DNA of 63,717 nucleotides, counting the filler, from Licmophora abbreviata (lineage: Eukaryota), in NCBI GenBank assembly GCA_900291995.1. It is 10 parts of 10 records of this genome, joined end to end, with 100 filler letters (N's around TTAATTAATTAA, not from the genome) between each part and the next. Parts side by side here need not be neighbours in the genome. Positions count along the whole stretch, not along the records: positions 42,507 to 46,181 come from OLMU01003605.1; positions 46,282 to 49,360 come from OLMU01003607.1; positions 49,461 to 57,300 come from OLMU01003608.1; 7 more parts are not named here. One strand, written 5' to 3'. Of this stretch, positions 45,320-56,361 are shown in pieces. The translations under genes were made by a program, and so were the position numbers. A model generated the notes under the pieces. The model was not told the DNA's origin. It ran no database searches and was given only the letters and a program-made list of their open reading frames with translations. How positions within the stretch are numbered: position 1 is the first letter of the stretch; the number at the start of each line of letters is the position of its first letter.

Positions 45320-46907
45320 TTATCGGTCGGCGAACAAGAGTGACAGCAACTCAGGGGTGACAAATCCTATGGCGCCGTTCGTACCTGGACAGTCGGTGAT
45401 CATACAGTGAAAGCATCGCTTTCGCGGGTCACGATCTGGCAGCAGTGTGATCTGTTCACGATTTACAATGCAATTGGTTAGAATACGACAGAAAGAAAAG
45501 AGAATACCAGCTTTAAGCCCTACACTCACCGTCATGTACAGAGGATTTGGGTGCTGCGTCGTCGCTACAGATTTTCGCGATTCATCTGCCGGAAAGGCGA
45601 TACAAGGAAGAGTCATTGTCTTGAAGCTGGTTGACCCCGAGCCCTGTGAGCCGCTGTCAGTCTCGCTACTGGGTCCTCCAGCACTGGATGCTGTATGGCC
45701 CGATGACGATCCTTCGCCTTGCCGACTCGCAGATGTTCCGGTCTGTAAGGCCTCAGCAACCATTTCGAAGAGATTGGCCAGCTTATCGGCCTTGACAATG
45801 CTGAAAATAGTCAATCGAGATACTTCTTCCATTGAAAGACCTGTGGCTTTTAGGAAGAAGTCATTGCCTATCGAAGCGATGACGAACAAGTTCATGGCAT
45901 TGAGTGAGCATAAGTCAGCTCATTCGCAAATCGAGATACCGGTATAAAATCACTTACACGTAATGATGCGCCCAGCCGGTGTCGCCATCAGCTGTGGAAT
46001 GTTTGATGTCAAGAAAACTTCTTCAAAGTCCACATCAAAGTTTTTGTCGACCGATGACCTCTCGCGGTGCCGACGCTTCCGTTTCCTCTCGACGACAACG
46101 TCAGAATGCCCGTGTTGCTTCCCATTACTTCCTTCGCCTCTGACGACAACTGCCGTAGACGAAATACTGCTGCTAGAGTGANNNNNNNNNNNNNNNNNNN
46201 NNNNNNNNNNNNNNNNNNNNNNNNNTTAATTAATTAANNNNNNNNNNNNNNNNNNNNNNNNNNNNNNNNNNNNNNNNNNNNATCGTGGCAGGGAGGCTTG
46301 TCGAGTTAGACTGTCCACTCACGACAGTGCTTGAGGTGCCAGACGATCGAGACGCGACATCACTTCTGTTGGCGCTCAAGGTGTCTTGCGCGGACGGTGC
46401 CGCCGTGGATGCAGTGACAGTGGTCGCCCCCGAACGCATATGATGAGCACTCCCTGCAGGGGCAGCGCTTGATTTTTGCGGGAAAGATACGGTTTGGTGC
46501 GGCTGCGAGGCAGTATCTACCCCGCTCGACGATTGTTCACAAGCCGCACCCGTGAAAGGCATCAAGGCGACAGGTTGGAATCCATTCATGAGTTGTGCTG
46601 CCGGAAGAGCACCAGTTGTTTGCCCTGTGACCCCGTTCGACACCGATAGGCCACTGTCTGACAATATATCCCCGAAAATTGTGAACGAAGGTAAGCTTTG
46701 GAGTCCATGAAAGCCGGCGGAAAGAACAGAATTGGAAGGCTCCACTCCATCGGCGCTTGTATTGTTGGGTCGGCTATTCCGAGAGTCCGATTTCTGGTTC
46801 GACGATAATTTGGGCCTCTGCTCCTCTTCTGTATCATCCCATGCCAGAAAAGACCCATCAATATCGAAGAGTGGATCAATCGGATTCACGTTGTTGCTGT
46901 CAGTCAT
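45320..46907 (-). CDS. PAS-domain putative transcription regulator (diatom bHLH-PAS-like C-terminus); middle lost in a gap
   Basis: Ser-rich N-terminus, basic ERKRKRRHRER, DFEEVFLTSNIPQLMATPAGRIITC|NDFFLKATG....V..LTIFSIV....L..LFEMV. Intron 45868..45957 is in phase. A second likely intron lies at ~45452..45529. Confidence 0.65.
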
Positions 46908-47571
46908 TGTTCGCGTTCTGAATTCGCCTAAATCTGTATCGAAACTCGGTTCGTTTTGTAGGAATTTCAGGTTAAGAGGCCAGATACATTCGTAGTCCCG
47001 TTAGCCCAGGTCGTAGCGTCCAAGGTGAGGAGATATGCTCTTTGACTATCCTAAACAGAACAGAAGAAGTAATGGTTGCTATCGTGCTTCGGTTTTGTGA
47101 GCCCATCATCTGTCTTTCAAGGATGCGACATCTAGCAGATTTTCCTTGCGAAGAACTTCAAAGGCAGCTTGCAAATGATGTCATGTTGACGTTTCTACTT
47201 ATTGCAGTTGACATGCTTGTTTCGACGAGCTACTGTGAAGAGACAAGTCCCAGATCAGTTGTTCATACAGGTTATACATTGCTTAATTTAATCGTATAGC
47301 TTCCATTTTGATTTGGATGTTTCTTTGCAGCTGTGATACCTTTCGCTAGCGTTGAGAGCATAGTTTCGGTGTCTCGACTGAATTAGTCTGTCGTTGAGCG
47401 CTAGAAAATGCAGCCTGGAGAACCCTCACAGTCCCGCATGTGACACACCGCATCAATCCCCAATCCTCGAGCCTTGCCGTCGGATTGCCGAAGTAGAACT
47501 TCTTTCGCGCCACTGACACTCTCCTGATACATCATAGTGAGGCACAGTAGATTAAAGACAGTCTATTCAAA

Positions 47572-49106
47572 CTACACGTAGCAATCTTGACCGTCGTCTG
47601 CGACATCATCGTCCACAAACTGGGTTCTCGGCTGGTCGACGTTGTCGAGGTACGCTTGTAAACCCGGGCTAAACTGCACACGAATCGTGTCCGACTGACT
47701 TGGCAACGGTGGGAATGTCACTAGCACAAGATTATCCGCGTCGTCGTGGTTGTCACCTTCGACCCAAGTAGCGCCTTTGGAAACAAATGGCAATTCGATT
47801 CGGTAGCGTAACCCGTCAGGGAGATCTTCTTCCCTTGTCAATTGCATTGTCAGAATCGTCCTTCTTTCGAACTTGATTTTGTTGCGAATAGTTGCAAGTG
47901 GAGCGATCGGCGCTGGTGAAAAGAGTCGATCACGAATATCTTGTGACAAGGGCGTAACGCCCGACGGTCTCTTGTCAATCCACAGATTCACCAGAAACGT
48001 CACTCTAAGCTTCATTGCATCACTACCACTCTCGTCGGAGTCAATCGTTGCCCGTTGTCGCAAGGCTGGATCCGAAGGCGCTCCGTGCAAGAGACACCCG
48101 TCGAACACAAGGTGCTTGCCCCGGCGAGGACGACTCACGACCATTTCGGGAATCACTTGGTCGTCTCTGGTATGATATGTGCGAGGAAATATCACTGTGG
48201 GTGCAGCCATGGGGGATTCCGTCAGGTACGTGACGGTTGATAGTACTGGAAACGAGCCTAAACCAAATGCTTCTGCCAATTCTTCGTCTTTGTCGTAGTG
48301 CAAGTCCACTGCCTCATCCATGGGGGCGTCCTGGCCGTCAGAGGACCCCGGTCCGGATTTCTTGACCTGAACCCACCATTCTGCGCCACCACGCATCATT
48401 GCATCGTCCTCTACTCTGGGTAACCCATCCCCCATCTCACGACTATGTATGCAATCATACGCCCTGGCGTGTCTTTTGAAAATTGACCATGCCAGTTCCT
48501 CCAGTTCACACATTTCATTGTTTGATGGCTCATCGTCATTGGGGGCTGCACAACTTATCCAGTGCGTATCTCGAGTGAACTGAACAAGCTTCGTTGCTTG
48601 CTCACCAAACGTCGACACACGTCAGGATCTTCCAATTCCTGGATGGAATAGACATTTTGAATGTAGGATTCGCCTTGACCATCGCCCACGATCGCATCCA
48701 GCTTGAGTCCACCCAGTGGAATGTCGAGACCTTTTGCTTTCTGAAACGACACCTCCTTCATGACACAATGCTCCACCAACTTTTGACAGTCACAGTAGGC
48801 AGGTCCTGTCGCAACATATTCGACGACATGGCCCGCATGACAGGCATCGGCACAGGCTTCACAGACACACGCTGGAAGTGCATCGTCGTCGCCGTTGCGA
48901 CAGTCGAGACACACAAAGATGGGCTGAACAGCTGGATTGGTTCCCGTCGCTGGAAAGGTGCACAAGCACGGACGATGGTGACTATCGCCGTCATTGTCGT
49001 CGCCGTCGTTGCACTCTTGGTCGGATGCTTCGAGGAGGTCGTCTTCGTTTTTCAAAGAGGACTGTACAGAAATTTGGTCTTGTGCATCATTAGGATTCTT
49101 GGACAT
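47572..49106 (-). CDS. zf-UBR domain fused to a 2OG-Fe(II) oxygenase-like domain; apparent 1-bp frameshift
   Basis: CTF...QPIFVCLDC...VCEACADACHAGH...AYCDC, then GAEWWVQ, LHYDKDE, LSTVTYLT, FDGCLLHGA, RVTFLVNLW. Adding one G at ~48603 gives CRRLVEQATKLV. Confidence 0.7.
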
Positions 49107-49526
49107 GATGTATATGAGCAGACAGGGAAGATCGACTAGGAGTGGAATGGCCAAAGCGAACGGCATCATCCTCATCCGCAAATCCATCCCATCGCGTGTG
49201 TGTAACAACCCACCACACTTCTATCGCGCATTTGATCCTCGAGTACAAAACGCGCGCCGCACAGACTTTCGCGGGAGCGCCGGACGAGAGGTGCGGGACG
49301 ATGTGATGGTTTCTTCCCGTTTCCCATCACATTGCAGCAGCAACAGCAGCAGCATGGCGCNNNNNNNNNNNNNNNNNNNNNNNNNNNNNNNNNNNNNNNN
49401 NNNNTTAATTAATTAANNNNNNNNNNNNNNNNNNNNNNNNNNNNNNNNNNNNNNNNNNNNAGAGGTGCGGGACGATGTGATGGTTTCTTCCGTTTCCCAT
49501 CACGTTGCAGCAGCAGCAGCAGCAGC

Positions 49527-50213
49527 ATGGCGCAACACGGCAACACAGACGCGCCCGCCGCTTCTCCGCTGCCCGTGATTACCAAGGACAGTGAGCTGTT
49601 GCAGTATGGGATATGTCGAGCTCCAATCCCATCCAAAAGCGAACATGGTGGAATCGACTGTGCCAAGTGGGCTGCCGAGCTGTCGCAAGTCATGCCTCTG
49701 CATATGGCATTCGAGGGAGATGGGGAATACGCGTTCTATCGAAATATACTGGACGAACCCGACTTTCCCTTTGACGCCGTCCTGAACTCGGAAATAGGAA
49801 AATGCATTCTGGAACACTTTGGGGTGTCCACTTTGGACGAACTACGACTGGACGATGCCTTTTGTGTTCACTATAACATGGAACAAGATGATACATCGGG
49901 AGCGAAACACACCGATCCTAGTGATATTACTGTAAACATGTGTCTCGAAAAGACAGACGACGTCCAAGGCAGTCAAGTTTTATTTTACGGTTCAAAGGCG
50001 CTAGACGGGCATGTCGAGAGCAGTACAACTAGCACGAGCTTCTTAGACAGCTTTCTTGTGGACCAAGTCCAGGGAACTGCTACTATTCATTGGGGAACAC
50101 ATGCCCATGAGACGACATCGTTGAAGTGCGGGAAACGAACGAACATTATCTTGACATATTGCTATGCGGATCCAGACAGGAGCGACGCCATGTCAAGAAC
50201 GTGCTATCTGTAG
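49527..50213 (+). CDS. 2OG-Fe(II) oxygenase (PLOD/OGFOD2-like)
   Basis: AFCVHY, KHTDPSDITVNMCL, IHWG.HAHET, GKRTNIIL (HxD...H...R). Confidence 0.8.
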   Translation: MAQHGNTDAPAASPLPVITKDSELLQYGICRAPIPSKSEHGGIDCAKWAAELSQVMPLHMAFEGDGEYAFYRNILDEPDFPFDAVLNSEIGKCILEHFGVSTLDELRLDDAFCVHYNMEQDDTSGAKHTDPSDITVNMCLEKTDDVQGSQVLFYGSKALDGHVESSTTSTSFLDSFLVDQVQGTATIHWGTHAHETTSLKCGKRTNIILTYCYADPDRSDAMSRTCYL

Positions 50214-50512
50214 TCGTATGATGTGCTCAACGAACACACTTCTGCGTCAAGCTGTCATCTCAGAGCTACACAAGAGGTCGAGTCTCGCGTGACTGACTTG
50301 ATCCGTAGACTAGCTAGAGCCTTCGGGAATTCTAAGGTTCGTCGAATGTGATATTGATAGCGCAGTTATAGGAGCTGACCGGTTCTAAAGGATATATATT
50401 TATATTGATGATTAGAGTTGAGAATAATGAGCCACGTGGAACCGCTGAATCGACATTACTCCGCGATCATCATCGCGACGCGTTATTGCGACCATGATCC
50501 ATATAGCGTGCA

Positions 50513-51505
50513 ATGGCATCAATGTCACAAGCCATACTGTACCGCCAAACCTGCGTCGCGCCGCTCTTGTCCGATAGTAAGACGAACATCATGGTGCTCG
50601 TTACTCTCATGAATCAGCAACCGACGGGACAGTGTGCGACAATACTTTCATCACCGCGGATTAGTAGCTGGCATCAGCATCCTCAACGGCGCCTCAAATG
50701 CTCTTCGCGTATCCTTCTATGCGTTTTGCTAATAGTTCACCTGCTAGTAACCCCCTGTCAGTCACAGGACTCCTTCGAGAATGACGAGTATCTTCGTGAA
50801 ATACTGGAAGAGGAGCGTCGAATGGAAGAAGAATATATGGGACAACAGAATGGTGGCGGGGGACCAGATTCATATTACAGTGGTAATCATCAATACGTGG
50901 ATCCAGAAGAGGACATGCTCAGAGCGGAAGCTGCTCGCAAAATGGAAGAAGAGCGAATAGCTCATGATCAGGCGGAGCGGGTTCGGTTGCAGCGAGAGGC
51001 GGAGTTCGAGGCGGAGCTTGTACGGATGAACAAGGAGCAGCAGAAAGCTGCCAAGAGACAGAAACGAAAGGATGCGCGGGTCGTTGGTCGAGTTCTTCGG
51101 GCAGCGCGTAATGAGCGACACTATGCGGTCTTGGGATTGCGAAGCTGGGAAGTGAGAATATTAGGTCGATGGACGTTGCTTCGCGCTGATACGAGAGCTA
51201 TCAAGAGGGCATATCGAAATCGTGCCATGGCCGTTCACCCAGACAAGAACAGAGACGGTAGAGCGAACGAAGCCTTTATTGCGGTCGAGAACTCTGCCTC
51301 TATACTCACGAACGAGTCGCTCCGAGAGGAATATGATGTAGCAGTAAAAGCGGCTCGGCAGCTACGACGGCAGGAGGTTCGGCAGGTGGTGTCAGATGGA
51401 ACCGAGTTGGTCCAAAAGGGCTTTGGACGGGTCATGTGGGTATTCCGACGTGTCCTCGGTCCCTTTGCAACTCCAATTATCATTCTTGGTTGCCTGCTTA
51501 TTTAG
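50513..51505 (+). CDS. J-domain (DnaJ) protein with a signal-like segment, coiled coil and hydrophobic C-terminus
   Basis: HYAVLGL, IKRAYR..A..VHPDKN, AF..V......L.....R.EYD. The start codon is uncertain. Confidence 0.85.
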   Translation: MASMSQAILYRQTCVAPLLSDSKTNIMVLVTLMNQQPTGQCATILSSPRISSWHQHPQRRLKCSSRILLCVLLIVHLLVTPCQSQDSFENDEYLREILEEERRMEEEYMGQQNGGGGPDSYYSGNHQYVDPEEDMLRAEAARKMEEERIAHDQAERVRLQREAEFEAELVRMNKEQQKAAKRQKRKDARVVGRVLRAARNERHYAVLGLRSWEVRILGRWTLLRADTRAIKRAYRNRAMAVHPDKNRDGRANEAFIAVENSASILTNESLREEYDVAVKAARQLRRQEVRQVVSDGTELVQKGFGRVMWVFRRVLGPFATPIIILGCLLI

Positions 51506-51800
51506 CGATTTAGCTTTTTGCAGTAATACAATCGATATGGCAGTGATCGATTGGATGTCGTATCTTGACTGATGTTCTGCGCCGTAGCAGGGTCGACTTT
51601 TCCGCTCCTGCCGTCGCAATATTGAACAAATAGATTGAGCAGGAGGAACAGTACCGCAGAACTACTGTTCTTTGCAACATATTGACCCATCGCATAGCAC
51701 CGGTTTCAACTTGAAAGAGCTCGGTTGTTACCAGTAGTCAACATTGTCGTACGGGTATGTAGGACGCGCGTGCCGTGAGAGCTTCCACCTTGATTTTCAA

Positions 51801-51815
51801 TTTGAAATTTGGCGC
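51801..51815 (+). promoter_or_regulatory. CHR-like TTTGAA next to E2F-like TTTGGCGC upstream of Cdc6/Orc1
   Basis: TTTGAA at 51801..51806 and TTTGGCGC at 51808..51815, ~200 bp before the ATG. Consensus match only. Confidence 0.35.
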
Positions 51816-52014
51816 GCCCAGGAATACGACTTGTATATCTATCATCAACGCTGAATACCGGGGAAGTTGTACATACAGCGTTAACGTGATATCCCAGTAT
51901 GTAGAATTCAGTACAACTGTGGAGGTGAATTGGTGCGCCATTTCTGAACTCAGCATTTTTTCAGCTTTCAGGCGTTGATGCGACCACTCGAAGTGCATCG
52001 AAAGCGTATCAACC

Positions 52015-55000
52015 ATGCAAAGTCAAGGCAAAAAGAGAGCTGCAAGCTGCGTTTCCGGAGGGAACGAGAAAGTGGAGGAGATCGACCAGTATCTTCATTT
52101 CGTTGATCTGAAAGTCGGCGAGAAAAAGAAAATCAAGTGGCCGGCATTTGTGTTTTCATCGTATGACGAGATGATGAATAGATCTCCCTTGCCGCCCAGC
52201 ATGCTTGACGTTGGCACAAAAATAAGATTGGCCCTGGACTACGGCCACGCCTGTAAGCGCGGAAAAGACGTTACAGCGAAATTCGCCTTCCTGCTCGGTT
52301 CACCGTCTCGCAAAGGCATTCTTGCCCCGAGGTCGATAGTACCCTTTTTTGAGAATCTCGGCGATATAATGACCCGATACGGATCTGAAACGGGCTTTCG
52401 GGCGGCAATGGATGAGGCGATGGCTATTCTTGAAGACAAAGTCAAAACGACAGCTGTGAGCTCTCGTGGATCTAAGCAGGGTGGAAAATCCATGCCTGCA
52501 AAACTTGCCGGCGACAGTCGCCCTAAAAAGAAGCAGGCTACCAAGAAATCGGAAGCGAGCCGCGATCCTCGTTCCAAGAAAGCGGAAAAACGCAGGACTG
52601 AAAGATCACCCGTCCGTACTTCAAAAACAGCCAAGTTTTCCAAGAGCGATGCCGACGCGTCCGCTTCTCTCAAGAAGGTCGTCTCTTTCGCCCCACCGAA
52701 AGCCGACGATTCGCCCGTGGCAAATTCTCCTGACAGCAAGGCGTCTTCTGCATCAGTCAGTGATACATCCGTTTCAGTGGACCCCAAGCATCTGCCCAAT
52801 TTCCAAACTGAAATTTGGCCGATACTACAGAAATTAGGCTTCAAGTCTGCCAGCAAGCTCTACTGTCGCCCCGGTGGGAATCCGAAAGATGGCATCGAAG
52901 GCCGGGACTACTTCGCCAACGCTCATCAAATGCGGAGGTATCTTTGTGCCTATGGCATGAACCTGGATAAAGGGTTCGAGTTGGAGGAGGACGAACAGGC
53001 ACAGTTGGCAACCTGGATTCGCTATGCGACCATTCCATCGTTGCGTCAGAAAACAGTAATACCTGACGTTGGCGGAGACATCACAGGAAGAGAAGCGCAC
53101 AAGTATTTGATGGACCTTGGTTTCACGTACCGGAACAATTACTTCTTTTTACCGGGTGTGACGCCAATCAGTAAGGGTGGGCTCTACATGAATGGATTCT
53201 CGTCAACCAATACAGATGAAACTTTCTTGTGGACCTACCTTGCCCGCTTTGGTCTCCCACAAACTAAAGATACCCGCAAAAGGGAGTTGACAGAAAACGA
53301 AATGCTTCGGCTGCAGCTGTTCATTGCAGACGCACCCGGCTTCCATGTGCTGTGAGTGTTTACTCTGCGTCCTTGTTGGCCAACTGACTTTTAACGTGCC
53401 CTAACACTTGCGGTGTCCTATTGATTGTCACTCAGTGCTCCAAAAGAGCACCGCAAATCCGATCCAGTTGTCGGGAAGCCGAAGAAGGAATCTCTAAATG
53501 AGTCGTCGACGGAAAAGGATTCCTCAAAAAGTGAGAATATTGTGACGGAAGCGGCAAATGACGACGATCGTCCCACGGCGACCGAGGATAGGTCTTCGCG
53601 GACTCACCACGTCTGTAGCACGACGTCCGCCGCCAAGTCGACTAGTCAAGAAAGCAGTGCTACGCTGGGAGCACCAACAGTCGTCACCCATTCTACTGCT
53701 ACATCGGATCCACGCGCGACTTCCAACCAGATTGGGGGATCTGACGACGAGGGAGGCACCTCGGTGTACGACGAGTATTTGAATCTCCAGGAAGACACTC
53801 CGGCTAACGCATTCGAGCTGTCTACCCAGCCAAATGATGAGGACGAGTCACGTCCAAGCTCCCCTCATTCCGGTGAAGCTCCAGTAGCATCGGACGACGC
53901 GTCACCTTTCTCTACCGGCGAGAGCGACGCTCTTGCGTTTGCAAACTCATCTAGCGTATGCCACGGCATGCGGGGTCTTGCTCCCGACAGAAGACTTATC
54001 TTTAGTCCACTTGAAAAAGCGGACTTTTCGAGCCAGGTTTTGACGAATCCTGACGCTTCCCCGAACTCGAAGGAGCTCCTCGACGAAATGTTTGATCAGA
54101 AGCTACATGCTCCCCCGGGTAGCACCGGAAAGATTTTAAACGACTTGTGTGGGGACGATAGCAAAAGTTTGACGAATTCAGAAGACGAGTCGCCGTCTGA
54201 GAAACAGAGCTTTCCAGCGTTATCGGCTGAAGACAGTAGTACGAACGTCCTAGAGACGAGCGATGCTAGTAAGGAAGACGGCATTTTGTCTGTGCCGATT
54301 CGGGCACAGGTGGAGAGTGGCGTACTCGTGGCTTCTGCTCCCGCCACTCTGAAGCGAAGTGGGTCTCCACAAAGTTCTCAACCCGTGGCGGTAGGACCCG
54401 ATGAGGATGGGGGCATGACACCCAACGCCACCCCCGTCATTTCTGAAACTACATCTTGGCTTGACTCGATGGACATTGAGACGGACGAGGAGTGGCAGTC
54501 TGTGCTCGCGAAAGTCAAGCAGGGGGGCGTTCGAATTATCAACGGGCCTGGTCTAGTTTCCTATTACTGTATCTTCCCTGGCGGTAAACATCCCAAAAAA
54601 GGGGGGAAGCACGGAATCGATTACGTCAATGAATACGAGGGCCTCCAAGAATATCTCCGCGAACATACTTGCTGGGTTGGGGATGGTGCCGAAAATGAAG
54701 GTCATGAATACTCTCCTGCACCGAAGAGCATTTCGAGGGCTCAGAGGAACGCTCCGGCTGGGGAAAGCAACAGCCTCGATTGTCGATCGCCTCCCGAACA
54801 AGTGCGATTCAGACAGGCAAAGTCGAGCCCCCAAAAGCTTTTGACGCCACCGGAGAAGAAGAAGACGGTCAGCCAGAAACTCAAATCATGCCTTGGAGTG
54901 CTGAAACCGAACTACGATATCCGTAAGCTCACCGAAAGTCGAACAGAGTCGATATCGGATTCGACCCACGCATCCCAGTTTGAAGTGAACGTTGGAACGG

Positions 55001-56305
55001 TCACGAAATTTCTTCATGATGTGATCACAAGCAACGGTTCTGAATCTGGTAGAAGTGATCCATGCCCGTCACTCTATATCTGTGGCTCCCCTGGGGTGGG
55101 AAAGACTTCGGCCGTTCAGCTCGCAATAGCAGACGCAAAGAAATTGTCCATTGAGGAAGATTGGCGTGAGGGGGAACTTCCACCAACGTTTTGCTTTGTT
55201 AACGCCGTCCATATCCAAGACAGTGCCAGAATCTACGATAAAATTGTCGAATCGATGGAGATCGACATGACCCAGGTAACGGCTGGACAAGTCGGCAGGC
55301 TGTTTGACACTCAGCGGGCCCGCAAGTCTCGTTTGGCTATTTTGGTCGTTGATGAGATAGATTCATTGCTTGCCGACAAAGCTAATACTGCTGGGGAAAA
55401 GACCCTTGAGACACTTTTCGGCTGGGCCTCGAAGACGAATCTCTCCTTTGCTCTAATTGGTATTTCGAATGCCGTCAGCGGCCAGAAAACGTCAAGATTC
55501 GAAAGACTTGGCATGGTAAGCTACTCTCGTTGATTCTCCTATCTCGCGGTCTCGTTCGTAAATCTTACAAGCCAAACACGTATGCCTTTCTTCCCAGGGA
55601 AAGAATAAGGTTGTCTTTCGACCATACCAGTCGGATGAGCTGGTTAGGATCGTTGAAGATAGGATTGGCCGCACGATCGTCCATCCTGCGGGGGTAGAGT
55701 GGGCCTCCAAGAAAGTCGCTGCGTCGAGCGGAGACGCACGCCAAGTCCTGGAGCTCGTTGCAACTGCCGTCGAGAAGTGTCTCGAGTCTCTACCATCCGA
55801 CAAGGGCGAACAGAGGTCCCTTGACGAGCCCGTCGTTACGATTCGTCACATCATGCAGGCGAATCGGGCCAACTTGACTAGTGCCGCACAACGAATTGAA
55901 GATCTTCCGCATATGGCGAATGTGGTACTGTGCGTTGCGGTGACTCTAAGGCAAGTTAGCGACCACTGGAAGGTAATCACTCTCGGTACGCTTCAAAAAT
56001 ATTGCAGACAGGCATCCGCCAGTAGAATGTTTGGCGAAGACGAAGTCAGCATTGACGACTTCGCCTCTCTGGTCACGCAGCTAGTCGACGCTGGGCTTCT
56101 GCTCCCATTCGGCAGGGACACGCACGAGCCTTGGGATGCTGTGGCTCGAAGTGGAAACCTTTACAATGCGCCTGTAGAACTCGGTGTGCAGCTTCACGAC
56201 GTCGAATCAGTCCTCAATGAAAAGCTATGCGACCATGATTTCTACGGCAACTTGTTGAGTCGGGTCCGCGCTAAAGACGTTCGTAACGAGGATTTTGCGG
56301 AATAA
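52015..56305 (+). CDS. Cdc6/Orc1 family AAA+ replication initiator with a very long N-terminal extension (3 exons)
   Basis: Introns 53352..53435 and 55516..55597 are phase-compatible (~1374 aa). SLYICGSPGVGKT, ILVVDEID, LFGW...LIGISN, VFRPY, KVAASSGDAR, winged-helix-like C-terminus. Confidence 0.85.
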
Positions 56306-56361
56306 GGGTCACTACCTGGTATGCGTTCTGTTGGTTAAAGTAAGGTCCCTTTAGTTTGTGT

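Noticed and set aside
4335..56305. A cell-cycle or O2-sensing gene cluster spanning the window
   Set aside because: The genes are interleaved with unrelated ones over many contigs. Functional themes arise easily by chance among ~40 genes.
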